From assembly GCA_000004985.1 (NCBI GenBank), contig GG738865.1: a stretch of 64,000 bases of DNA. One strand, written 5' to 3'. The number at the start of each line of letters is the position of its first letter. Positions within the stretch are counted from its first letter, which is position 1. Below the pieces are notes generated by a model. That model was not told where the DNA came from. It was given only the letters and a program-made list of their open reading frames with translations, and made no database searches. This stretch comes from Naegleria gruberi (taxonomy: Eukaryota). Positions 36,001 through 47,039 of the stretch are shown piece by piece. A program made the position numbers and the translations under genes.

Positions 36001-39000
36001 NNNNNNNNNNNNNNNNNNNNNNNNNNNNNNNNNNNNNNNNNNNNNNNNNNNNNNNNNNNNNNNNNNNNNNNNNNNNNNNNNNNNNNNNNNNNNNNNNNNN
36101 NNNNNNNNNNNNNNNNNNNNNNNNNNNNNNNNNNNNNNNNNNNNNNNNNNNNNNNNNNNNNNNNNNNNNNNNNNNNNNNNNNNNNNNNNNNNNNNNNNNN
36201 NNNNNNNNNNNNNNNNNNNNNNNNNNNNNNNNNNNNNNNNNNNNNNNNNNNNNNNNNNNNNNNNNNNNNNNNNNNNNNNNNNNNNNNNNNNNNNNNNNNN
36301 NNNNNNNNNNNNNNNNNNNNNNNNNNNNNNNNNNNNNNNNNNNNNNNNNNNNNNNNNNNNNNNNNNNNNNNNNNNNNNNNNNNNNNNNNNNNNNNNNNNN
36401 NNNNNNNNNNNNNNNNNNNNNNNNNNNNNNNNNNNNNNNNNNNNNNNNNNNNNNNNNNNNNNNNNNNNNNNNNNNNNNNNNNNNNNNNNNNNNNNNNNNN
36501 NNNNNNNNNNNNNNNNNNNNNNNNNNNNNNNNNNNNNNNNNNNNNNNNNNNNNNNNNNNNNNNNNNNNNNNNNNNNNNNNNNNNNNNNNNNNNNNNNNNN
36601 NNNNNNNNNNNNNNNNNNNNNNNNNNNNNNNNNNNNNNNNNNNNNNNNNNNNNNNNNNNNNNNNNNNNNNNNNNNNNNNNNNNNNNNNNNNNNNNNNNNN
36701 NNNNNNNNNNNNNNNNNNNNNNNNNNNNNNNNNNNNNNNNNNNNNNNNNNNNNNNNNNNNNNNNNNNNNNNNNNNNNNNNNNNNNNNNNNNNNNNNNNNN
36801 NNNNNNNNNNNNNNNNNNNNNNNNNNNNNNNNNNNNNNNNNNNNNNNNNNNNNNNNNNNNNNNNNNNNNNNNNNNNNNNNNNNNNNNNNNNNNNNNNNNN
36901 NNNNNNNNNNNNNNNNNNNNNNNNNNNNNNNNNNNNNNNNNNNNNNNNNNNNNNNNNNNNNNNNNNNNNNNNNNNNNNNNNNNNNNNNNNNNNNNNNNNN
37001 NNNNNNNNNNNNNNNNNNNNNNNNNNNNNNNNNNNNNNNNNNNNNNNNNNNNNNNNNNNNNNNNNNNNNNNNNNNNNNNNNNNNNNNNNNNNNNNNNNNN
37101 NNNNNNNNNNNNNNNNNNNNNNNNNNNNNNNNNNNNNNNNNNNNNNNNNNNNNNNNNNNNNNNNNNNNNNNNNNNNNNNNNNNNNNNNNNNNNNNNNNNN
37201 NNNNNNNNNNNNNNNNNNNNNNNNNNNNNNNNNNNNNNNNNNNNNNNNNNNNNNNNNNNNNNNNNNNNNNNNNNNNNNNNNNNNNNNNNNNNNNNNNNNN
37301 NNNNNNNNNNNNNNNNNNNNNNNNNNNNNNNNNNNNNNNNNNNNNNNNNNNNNNNNNNNNNNNNNNNNNNNNNNNNNNNNNNNNNNNNNNNNNNNNNNNN
37401 NNNNNNNNNNNNNNNNNNNNNNNNNNNNNNNNNNNNNNNNNNNNNNNNNNNNNNNNNNNNNNNNNNNNNNNNNNNNNNNNNNNNNNNNNNNNNNNNNNNN
37501 NNNNNNNNNNNNNNNNNNNNNNNNNNNNNNNNNNNNNNNNNNNNNNNNNNNNNNNNNNNNNNNNNNNNNNNNNNNNNNNNNNNNNNNNNNNNNNNNNNNN
37601 NNNNNNNNNNNNNNNNNNNNNNNNNNNNNNNNNNNNNNNNNNNNNNNNNNNNNNNNNNNNNNNNNNNNNNNNNNNNNNNNNNNNNNNNNNNNNNNNNNNN
37701 NNNNNNNNNNNNNNNNNNNNNNNNNNNNNNNNNNNNNNNNNNNNNNNNNNNNNNNNNNNNNNNNNNNNNNNNNNNNNNNNNNNNNNNNNNNNNNNNNNNN
37801 NNNNNNNNNNNNNNNNNNNNNNNNNNNNNNNNNNNNNNNNNNNNNNNNNNNNNNNNNNNNNNNNNNNNNNNNNNNNNNNNNNNNNNNNNNNNNNNNNNNN
37901 NNNNNNNNNNNNNNNNNNNNNNNNNNNNNNNNNNNNNNNNNNNNNNNNNNNNNNNNNNNNNNNNNNNNNNNNNNNNNNNNNNNNNNNNNNNNNNNNNNNN
38001 NNNNNNNNNNNNNNNNNNNNNNNNNNNNNNNNNNNNNNNNNNNNNNNNNNNNNNNNNNNNNNNNNNNNNNNNNNNNNNNNNNNNNNNNNNNNNNNNNNNN
38101 NNNNNNNNNNNNNNNNNNNNNNNNNNNNNNNNNNNNNNNNNNNNNNNNNNNNNNNNNNNNNNNNNNNNNNNNNNNNNNNNNNNNNNNNNNNNNNNNNNNN
38201 NNNNNNNNNNNNNNNNNNNNNNNNNNNNNNNNNNNNNNNNNNNNNNNNNNNNNNNNNNNNNNNNNNNNNNNNNNNNNNNNNNNNNNNNNNNNNNNNNNNN
38301 NNNNNNNNNNNNNNNNNNNNNNNNNNNNNNNNNNNNNNNNNNNNNNNNNNNNNNNNNNNNNNNNNNNNNNNNNNNNNNNNNNNNNNNNNNNNNNNNNNNN
38401 NNNNNNNNNNNNNNNNNNNNNNNNNNNNNNNNNNNNNNNNNNNNNNNNNNNNNNNNNNNNNNNNNNNNNNNNNNNNNNNNNNNNNNNNNNNNNNNNNNNN
38501 NNNNNNNNNNNNNNNNNNNNNNNNNNNNNNNNNNNNNNNNNNNNNNNNNNNNNNNNNNNNNNNNNNNNNNNNNNNNNNNNNNNNNNNNNNNNNNNNNNNN
38601 NNNNNNNNNNNNNNNNNNNNNNNNNNNNNNNNNNNNNNNNNNNNNNNNNNNNNNNNNNNNNNNNNNNNNNNNNNNNNNNNNNNNNNNNNNNNNNNNNNNN
38701 NNNNNNNNNNNNNNNNNNNNNNNNNNNNNNNNNNNNNNNNNNNNNNNNNNNNNNNNNNNNNNNNNNNNNNNNNNNNNNNNNNNNNNNNNNNNNNNNNNNN
38801 NNNNNNNNNNNNNNNNNNNNNNNNNNNNNNNNNNNNNNNNNNNNNNNNNNNNNNNNNNNNNNNNNNNNNNNNNNNNNNNNNNNNNNNNNNNNNNNNNNNN
38901 NNNNNNNNNNNNNNNNNNNNNNNNNNNNNNNNNNNNNNNNNNNNNNNNNNNNNNNNNNNNNNNNNNNNNNNNNNNNNNNNNNNNNNNNNNNNNNNNNNNN

Positions 39001-39925
39001 NNNNNNNNNNNNNNNNNNNNNNNNNNNNNNNNNNNNNNNNNNNNNNNNNNNNNNNNNNNNNNNNNNNNNNNNNNNNNNNNNNNNNNNNNNNNNNNNNNNN
39101 NNNNNNNNNNNNNNNNNNNNNNNNNNNNNNNNNNNNNNNNNNNNNNNNNNNNNNNNNNNNNNNNNNNNNNNNNNNNNNNNNNNNNNNNNNNNNNNNNNNN
39201 NNNNNNNNNNNNNNNNNNNNNNNNNNNNNNNNNNNNNNNNNNNNNNNNNNNNNNNNNNNNNNNNNNNNNNNNNNNNNNNNNNNNNNNNNNNNNNNNNNNN
39301 NNNNNNNNNNNNNNNNNNNNNNNNNNNNNNNNNNNNNNNNNNNNNNNNNNNNNNNNNNNNNNNNNNNNNNNNNNNNNNNNNNNNNNNNNNNNNNNNNNNN
39401 NNNNNNNNNNNNNNNNNNNNNNNNNNNNNNNNNNNNNNNNNNNNNNNNNNNNNNNNNNNNNNNNNNNNNNNNNNNNNNNNNNNNNNNNNNNNNNNNNNNN
39501 NNNNNNNNNNNNNNNNNNNNNNNNNNNNNNNNNNNNNNNNNNNNNNNNNNNNNNNNNNNNNNNNNNNNNNNNNNNNNNNNNNNNNNNNNNNNNNNNNNNN
39601 NNNNNNNNNNNNNNNNNNNNNNNNNNNNNNNNNNNNNNNNNNNNNNNNNNNNNNNNNNNNNNNNNNNNNNNNNNNNNNNNNNNNNNNNNNNNNNNNNNNN
39701 NNNNNNNNNNNNNNNNNNNNNNNNNNNNNNNNNNNNNNNNNNNNNNNNNNNNNNNNNNNNNNNNNNNNNNNNNNNNNNNNNNNNNNNNNNNNNNNNNNNN
39801 NNNNNNNNNNNNNNNNNNNNNNNNNNNNNNNNNNNNNNNNNNNNNNNNNNNNNNNNNNNNNNNNNNNNNNNNNNNNNNNNNNNNNNNNNNNNNNNNNNNN
39901 NNNNNNNNNNNNNNNNNNNNNNNNN
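1..39925. other. Assembly gap: an uninterrupted run of N
   Basis: Directly seen. Bases 1..39925 are all n, and the first real base is 39926. The PIG-T reading frame is already open at 39927, so the gap truncates that gene. Confidence 0.99.
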
Positions 39926-39926
39926 A

Positions 39927-41505
39927 TCAATTATACTATTTATTATCGCAATGATCATTAGTAATCACCATCATCAGTATGTAAATTGTGAATCATCATC
40001 ATCATCTGTAACATCTACATCTTCATCAAATGATTCACAACAACAACAACAATATTTAGAAGAATTTAATATATTAAAAACATTAGATTCTAAAAATACA
40101 ATTTTTCATTATAAATTTACAATGAATAACATGACAAGTATGAATAATATTCAATATTTAACAAATAAATATAATTTAAATGAATTAAAATTAACATTTA
40201 CAAGAGGAAGATATAATTATAAAGATTGGGGAATTTATGATAAAATTTCACCAAATGGTTTAACTTTACAAGTTAATTTTAAAAATATTCAAAATTTCCA
40301 AATATGGGATAATTTAGTAAATGAATTAAGTGGAATATTTTGTGCAAGTATTAATTTTTTAACTCAATATGAACAACGTAGAGTTTATAATAGTGGTATT
40401 GTAAATTATTTAAATAATAATACTATATATGGTACTTTAAGTGAAGAAACAATTTGTACTGAAAATTTAACTCCTTTTAAATCAATTTTACCTTTTAGAG
40501 GTAATATGGGATTAAGTTATTTATTAAATCCTAAATTTTTATTTAATAGTTTATATTTTAGTATGGATATTACTATTAATAGTAATAATAATATTATTTT
40601 AAATTTTTATAAAATTTCTAAAATTAATCAAGAAGATTTTAAATTTATTTTAAATAAGAAATTTAAATTAATTATTCCATATGGTAAAATAATTATAAAT
40701 GATTATATTAATCAATTAAATAATTTAAATGAATTAAAATCTAATTTTACTATTTATAATAATTATATTGAAAATAAAAAAATTAAAAAATCAACTATTT
40801 TAATTAAAAGATATCAATTAAATAATAAATTAATTACAGATTTAGAAATATTAAATAATAATATAAATGAAATTTGTTATTATGATGTAATACCATGGTA
40901 TTTTAAATCATTTATTCATACCTTAAAAGTAAATGATATTTCAATTCAAAATTTAAATTATTTAAATTTTATTAAAATTTTACCTCAAAAAGATAGAACA
41001 AATCCTTTAATTTTAAATTTATGTTTTAATTATTTAAAATTTATTAAAAATAATAATTTAAATAATACTATTACTAATAAATAATAATAATAATATTAAA
41101 ATTAGTATTGAATTTGAAAAGACATATTTAAAATATACAGAACATGCACCTGATGCCAATAGAGGTTTTGATTTAAGTAGTGCAATTATTACCACTAGAA
41201 TTAATTCTAATATTAATTCTAATAATGAAATAATAGATTACAATGATTACAATGATTACAATGATAATAATGAACAAATATTATATAGTGATAGTTTATT
41301 AATTAGTTTACCTACACCTGATTTTAGTATGCCATATAATGTTATTACATTAACATGTACAATTATTGTTTTATTCTTTGGATCAATGTTTAATTTATTA
41401 ATTAGAAGATTTAATTCACGTTATGAATCCGATCAATCAAAATCTTTATTAGAACGTTTAATTTCTTTTATTAGTAAGATTTTTAAAAAGAATAAACAAG
41501 ATTAA
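39927..41505 (+). CDS. PIGT: GPI transamidase component PIG-T / Gpi16 homolog. It is 5'-partial (runs into the gap) and has an apparent frame change near 41062..41084.
   Basis: The translation contains motifs I recognise from human PIG-T in the correct order. These include GIFCASINF (human GIFCASLNF), ICTENLTPFKSILP (human VVCTENLTPWKKLLP) and YDVIPWYFKSFIHTL (human DTVPWYLRLYVHTL). After the frame change come ISIEFEKTYLKYTEHAPDANRGF (human [23 protein letters not shown]) and [35 protein letters not shown] (human [35 protein letters not shown]). The frame-0 ORF covers 39927..41084 and the open frame extends upstream as SIILFIIA-M, so the first Met is probably not the true start. The frame-1 continuation is open from 41062 to the stop at 41503..41505. 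No GT..AG intron fits between the two frames, which meet inside a poly-Asn-coding A/T run. Confidence 0.8.
41236..41265 (+). repeat. Perfect 9-bp tandem repeat, three copies of gattacaat, coding DYNDYNDYN inside PIG-T
   Basis: Seen directly: gattacaat occurs three times in a row followed by gat. It is an in-frame microsatellite within the lineage-specific insertion of PIG-T. Confidence 0.9.
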
Positions 41506-41682
41506 ATTTTATAAAATTTCAATGTATATATTTATAGTATTTAAAAATAATACAAGAATACAAGAATAACATATACCTAGTAGTAATGGTAATGGTAGTA
41601 AGAAATATAAAGCCTTTACCACAAAATGTGCGAGAAGCCAATGTTGGTTTGTGTTGGTTGGAGGGAAAATGATATTGTACTT

Positions 41683-41694
41683 TTTGGCGCCAAA
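41683..41694 (+). promoter_or_regulatory. 12-bp GC-core palindrome TTTGGCGCCAAA, 26 bp upstream of the IFT140 ATG. It matches the E2F-type consensus TTTSSCGC on both strands.
   Basis: Seen directly. This is the only GC-rich palindrome in the 214-bp spacer between the PIG-T stop and the IFT140 ATG. Any regulatory role is inference. Confidence 0.25.
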
Positions 41695-41719
41695 TTTAAA
41701 TTCAACCACTACAAAAAAA

Positions 41720-44700
41720 ATGTCTTCTACACTTCCACCTTCTGCCAGTTCTTCATCTTTATACAATATTGGATTAGTCACTGGAACATTTGGAAATAGT
41801 GTAATATATGAAAATTTTACATTACAAGGAACAACCAATAACAAGTTCCATTCTCCTGTTTGTAGTCAGTGGCATCGTAAATATCCACTATTGGCTATTT
41901 CTAAGGCTAATGGTGTAGTTTCAGTGTATGACGATCACGGAGAAAAAAACGAAAGAGTTAATTTATCTAGATCATCTAATTGTACAGCTATCGGGTGGCA
42001 TCCTACAAAATTTATTCTTTGTACAGGTTGGAAAGATGGTGCCATTCTTTTATACAATGATAAAGACCCTCATAATCAAAAGGAAATTGAATTGGAAGAA
42101 CATGGTAAAATTTGTGCTATTAAATGGTCTCCTGATGGTGAGAGATTAATAACTGCTCATCAAGTAAGTTGTTTCTTCTTCCTCAATAATAATAATTCTA
42201 ATCGTTTCTTTAATACAAAAATATGAACAATTATTCTTAATAATAATAGGATGGTAATATTGGTATTTGGAAATTTGAAGGAGGAAAACTCAAACACATT
42301 TTGAACTATGAAAATCCTGGAAATGTTGTGGAAACACCAGAACAAATTGTATTTAAAACTAATAGAGATCCATCAACAGAATTGTCTTGGATTTTCTTTG
42401 TTGGTGTTTCTACAGGACAAGGTTCTAAAATTGTTGTAGGTGTTGCCGATGATTTGGCAGAAAATTTACAAAAATCACAAAATGGTACTGTTAGATATGA
42501 ATCACTTAATGATACTGGTATTCAATTTAATGGATCTCAAATTATGAGTGTATTATTCCATAGAGAAAAATCTCAATTAGTTTTATTGACAGATACAGCT
42601 TTATTAGTTGTTTATAAAATCAATGCTTCGATTAGTAAGCCTAATGAAATTGGAATGAAACAAGTAATGAGAACTAAAATTAGTATTTCTAATAGTACAG
42701 GTGCAACAATTAAAACATTATGGGTTGGATCAGGTGTTATTGCAACCATTACAAGTAATGAGAGTATGGTAAGAGTTTGGAATTTAGAAACAGATGAAAA
42801 TACAACACTCATGTTGAACTCTCCTCTAGAACATGAAGTTGTCATTTCATTTTCATTCAATCCTCAAAAGAGAGCCATTGTTGCTGGTACAAGTACAGGT
42901 AGATTAGTATTTTGGGTTTTTACTGGTAATCAAAAGACAAGAGATCAATGGGAAAAGTATGGAGAATATTCTTTACCAAGTAGAGCTTCTGTTAATATGG
43001 TTAGTTGGGGATGTGGTGAAAAGGTTTTATGTTATGGTAGTGGAGAGAATAATGATATTGAAATTTTACAAGAAACAAGTTTCAAGAAGAGAATGAAGAA
43101 TAATACCATTGCCATTCAAAATTCTTTAAACACAGTAGTAATTGGAAAACCAAACTTTGCACCAGGAGAAGATAAAATTCCACCAAGAACAATCAAAACA
43201 GGTATTAATATTAGAGATTTTGATCATACAGATACTCATATCATTGTTTCAAATAATAGCGTTTTAGAATTATTTGAAACTAGAGGTACAGAATTAATTA
43301 GAAAAGCAGAAGCATTTGAAATTCCATCAATTTGTGTTGGTTTACACTCTGAAAGTATCTTTGTTCCAACTAATGGATCAGTTAATTCTAATCCAAGAAT
43401 TGAAGTATACAGTTTCAAAGGTATTAAGAAACAAACTTTACAATTAAGTGAAGAAGAAGGAGTTCCAATTTGTATTGATGTCCAAAGTGATTTTATTACA
43501 ATTGCAACAAATACTAATCATGTTAGAATGTGGCATGTTTTGGGAAGAGAAGCAAAACCAGTTTCAGTTTCAAAGAGAGTTTTTGATAATAATGAATCAG
43601 ATTCATCTGAAAAGACTTATATTTCAAGTGTAAAATGTAATTGTAATGGTACAATGTTAGCTTTACTTGGTAAATTGAAGAATGAAGGTGAAATGGATTT
43701 ACTTACACCAAGTACAAAATTATACGTTTATGATTTTGAACATGACAAGTTACAAAAGTTTGATTTTGAAACAAAATTCAAAGGAGGAACACCAACATCT
43801 GTTTATTGGGATTTAACTGAACCAAATCTTTTATCAGTTGAATTGAAGAATTCAGAAAGTGAATCCTATGTTTGTACAATGTTTGCAACACAAGAACATG
43901 GAACCTTATTCCAAGATTATTTCAAAATTGATAAGACTTCACAATCACTTGTTGGACAATGTGTTCCAAATTTATTCTTTGTAAAGAATAATTTTAATAG
44001 TGATGATATTTTTGAAAAGAGACCAATGAAAGATTTTGAAGGAATTGAAGAAGAACAATTATCTTCAAAAACAAAGAAGGCTCTTTTAAATTTTAGTTTT
44101 TATTTAAATATTGGTTCAATGGAAGAAGCATACAAATCAGTTAAACAAATTGAATCAAAATCATCAATTTGGTATAACATGGCCAAGATGTGTGTCAAGA
44201 CTAGAAAGATGGAAATTTCTGAAATTTGTCTTGGTAATATGAAGAATGCACTTGCAGCTAGAGCTTTAAGAAAAATTAAAGAAAGTGAACCCAATGAACC
44301 TCTTTCTTGGATTGCAACACTTGCAATTCAATTAGGAATGGTTGATGAAGCTGAAAAATTATATAATGAATGTGAAAGATTTGATTTATTGAATGAAATG
44401 TATCAATCAATTGGTAATTGGGAAAAGGCATTAGAAATTGCCAAAACCAAAGATCGTATTCATTTGAAAACAACCTATTACAAATATGCAAGATTTTTAG
44501 AACAAGAAATTGGAGATTTGAAAGGAGCAGAAAGACAATATGAATTATCAAATACTCACAAATATGAAGTACCTAGAATGTATTATAGTGCAGGAGATTT
44601 ACAAAGTTTACAAAATTATATTTTATCAAGACCTGATGATAAAGATTTAAACAAATGGTGGGCACAATATTGTGAAGGTAATACAGATTATGAAGAAGCA

Positions 44701-46221
44701 TTGAAATTTTATGTTCAAGCCAATGATTTCCTTTCTCAAGTTAGAATGTATTGTTTTATTGGTAATTTAAAGATGGCAGCAGATATTGTAAAGAAATCAC
44801 AAGAAAAATCAGCAGCTTATTATTTTGCTAAACAACTTGAAAATGAGAAGGATAATAAGAAACTATTAGAACATGCAATCAAATATTACAAATTTGCTGG
44901 ATGTTTTAATGAAGCAGTTAGAGTTTCAAAAGTATTAGGAAATGATAATGAAGCATTGAATTTAGCTTTACAATCTGCTAATGAAAAATTAATGATTGAA
45001 GTTGCACAATATTTTGAATCATCAGGTCAAACAGACAAATCAGTTTTATTATATCAAAAAGGTGGTAATTTATCAAGAGCAATTGATTTATGTTTTAAAT
45101 ATCAATTATTTGAAACATTATCAACAATTGCAGATAATATATTTAATGATAAATCTGAAAGTAAGGTAGATGATGATCCAGAAGTATTTATGAAATGTGG
45201 TCAATTCTTTATTGAACATCAACAATATGAAAGAGCTGTTCAAATGTATATAAGAGCTAAAGAATATGAATTGGCACTTGAATTATGTGTTACTAGAAAT
45301 GTTAAATTAACAGAAGAAATGGCAGATCAAATGTCTCCACCTTCAACAGATGAAAATTTAACTGAGGAAAAGATTGTTCTATTAAGAAAAATTGCCAAAG
45401 TTGCATCAATGCAAAATAATTATTCAGTTGCAACAAAGAAATATGTTCAAGCAGGTGATAAATCTAAAGCTATGAAAATACTTATCAAATCAGGTGATAC
45501 TGAAAAGATTATGTTATTTGCAGTTTTATCAAGACAAAAACAATTATATATTCAAGCTGCTAACTATTTACAAAGTTTAGATTGGCATAATGAACCTGAA
45601 ATTATCAAATCAATTATTTCATTCTATACAAAAGCTAAAGCATGGAAACATTTATCAGTTTTCTTTGAATTATGTTCACAAGTTGAAATTGATGAATATA
45701 GAGATTATGAAAAAGCATTGGATGCATTACGTGAATCTTCTAAATATTTATCTAAGGAAATTAAATTAAAAACAAGTGAAAGTAATGAATTAAGATTGAA
45801 ACAATTGAATCAAAAGATTTTATATATTGAAAAATTCATTTTAGGTAAATCCTTAATGAATTCAAAGAATAATGAAACACAATTTGTATCAATATGTAGA
45901 GAATTAATTAATGGTGTTAATAATTTAGATCCAAATGATGATCCTGTTATTGAAGTTGATGATGCTTTAAGAGTTGGAGATGTTTTTGCTATTTTAATTG
46001 AATATTATTTACAAACATTACAAGATACTTCAGAAGCTTACAAATTAATATTAGAAATGAAACAAAAAGAAATTACATTGAATTACTTTTTGGATGATGA
46101 AATGATTAAGAGTATTTGTAAATCTGTTGGTGTTGATTATAATGAAGTTATGCCACCTGAAGATAATCATTCAACTAGAACAGGTGATGATGATATTCAA
46201 GAAGAAATTGATGAAGATTAA
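41720..46221 (+). CDS. IFT140: Intraflagellar transport protein 140 (IFT-A complex subunit), join(41720..42163,42250..46221), about 1471 aa
   Basis: Exon 1 starts at aaaaaaaATG (41720) and ends at caa|gtaagt. The 86-bp AT-rich intron ends in aataatag|gat. Exon 2 is in frame and continues the WD repeat (..ITAHQ|DGNIGIWKFEGG..). The N-terminal WD40 repeats plus the C-terminal TPR-like solenoid show strong similarity to human IFT140. Matched segments include MAKMCVKTRKMEISEICLGNMKNALAARALRK (human [32 protein letters not shown]). Another is THKYEVPRM (human THRFEVPRM). The last is [51 protein letters not shown] (human [51 protein letters not shown]). The stop is at 46219..46221. Confidence 0.9.
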
Positions 46222-46258
46222 AAAATTAAAATTTTATTTATATTAAATTTTACTTGAT

Positions 46259-46828
46259 TTAAAGACCCTCTCCAAATACATAGGCTTTGGCAACATAGAC
46301 ACCACTTCCTCCATAATTTTCAGTCTATTAATGTATAAAGATTATTAATTTAAAAAAAACTAAACTTACAAATTCAAACTTTACAAATTGAGCATTTACA
46401 GATTGTGTATTTTCCTTATCAAAAATGTTTACTCTTTCAATAACATGATCTAATCCATTCAAATCATATAAAAAATCTCCAGAACGTTGTTCAATTTCAG
46501 CATCAACTAATTTTGTAAATTTAGTTCCATCTGTTGAAACATGAATTTGAATATGTTTAGGATTCTGATTGTTTTCTCCGTGAATATAAATTCCAACTCT
46601 TTTTACTTGTGACAATTTTTCTAATTTAATAATAAAATGTTGAGGTACTAGTAATTCCGATAATTAAATTCCAAAATTCTAAAAACACATACATGGTGCT
46701 AAATTATGTGAGAACCACACAAGACATGGATCTCTATTCATTAAATTCAAACAACGTGATTCGTGATGGTATTGACTGGAGAAGGAGTCAATACATCCTC
46801 CATTGTCAGGCATGGCAAGATTCTTCAT
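46259..46828 (-). CDS. Small (about 159 aa) galactose-binding-domain-like protein. Best guess is IFT25/HSPB11-like; alternatives are APC10/DOC-domain or NR2C2AP-like. complement(join(46259..46324,46370..46647,46693..46828)).
   Basis: The ATG at 46828..46826 follows an A-run. There are two 45-bp introns: gtatgt..ctag at 46648..46692 and gtaagt..aatag at 46325..46369. Frame continuity was checked across both junctions. The protein reads MKNLAMPDNGGCIDSFSSQYHHESRCLNLMNRDPCLVWFSHNLAPLPQHFIIKLEKLSQVKRVGIYIHG...AQFVKFEFTENYGGSGVYVAKAYVFGEGL. The pattern W-x-S ... PQxFII ... VxxLxIY and the 39-residue spacing before the single Trp resemble human IFT25 (FWTTTGMFPQEFIICFHKHVRIERLVIQS). The same fold signature also occurs in APC10, so the family call is tentative. 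It lies tail-to-tail with IFT140, with the two stop codons 37 bp apart. Confidence 0.4.
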
Positions 46829-47039
46829 TTTTTTAAAACACAATTTTAATTTTATTATTAGTTTCCTTGCATTGATGAATTTATAATTTCAAAGGTAATT
46901 CTATCCAGAGGAATTCTCTACAAGCTGAATGAAAATCATCCATCTTCAAGAGTAATTTAATTATGGAGAAATATTAAGATATTACAAATTTACAATTAAT
47001 AATAATTTTTTTAAGTGATTTATTTTCTGGGTAAACAAT

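Noticed and set aside
41509-41844. 111-aa minus-strand ORF spanning the PIG-T/IFT140 spacer and the IFT140 5' end
   Set aside because: It overlaps the well-supported IFT140 exon 1 and promoter on the opposite strand. Its composition is hydrophobic and atypical, and it matches no recognisable family. I judged it a chance ORF.
41928-44551. Several 60-91 aa ORFs on either strand inside the IFT140 coding region (41928..42149, 42160..42345, 42612..42860, 43236..43418, 43448..43633, 44100..44294, 44276..44551)
   Set aside because: They are alternative-frame or antisense ORFs within a strongly conserved CDS. They are short and show no coding signature of their own.
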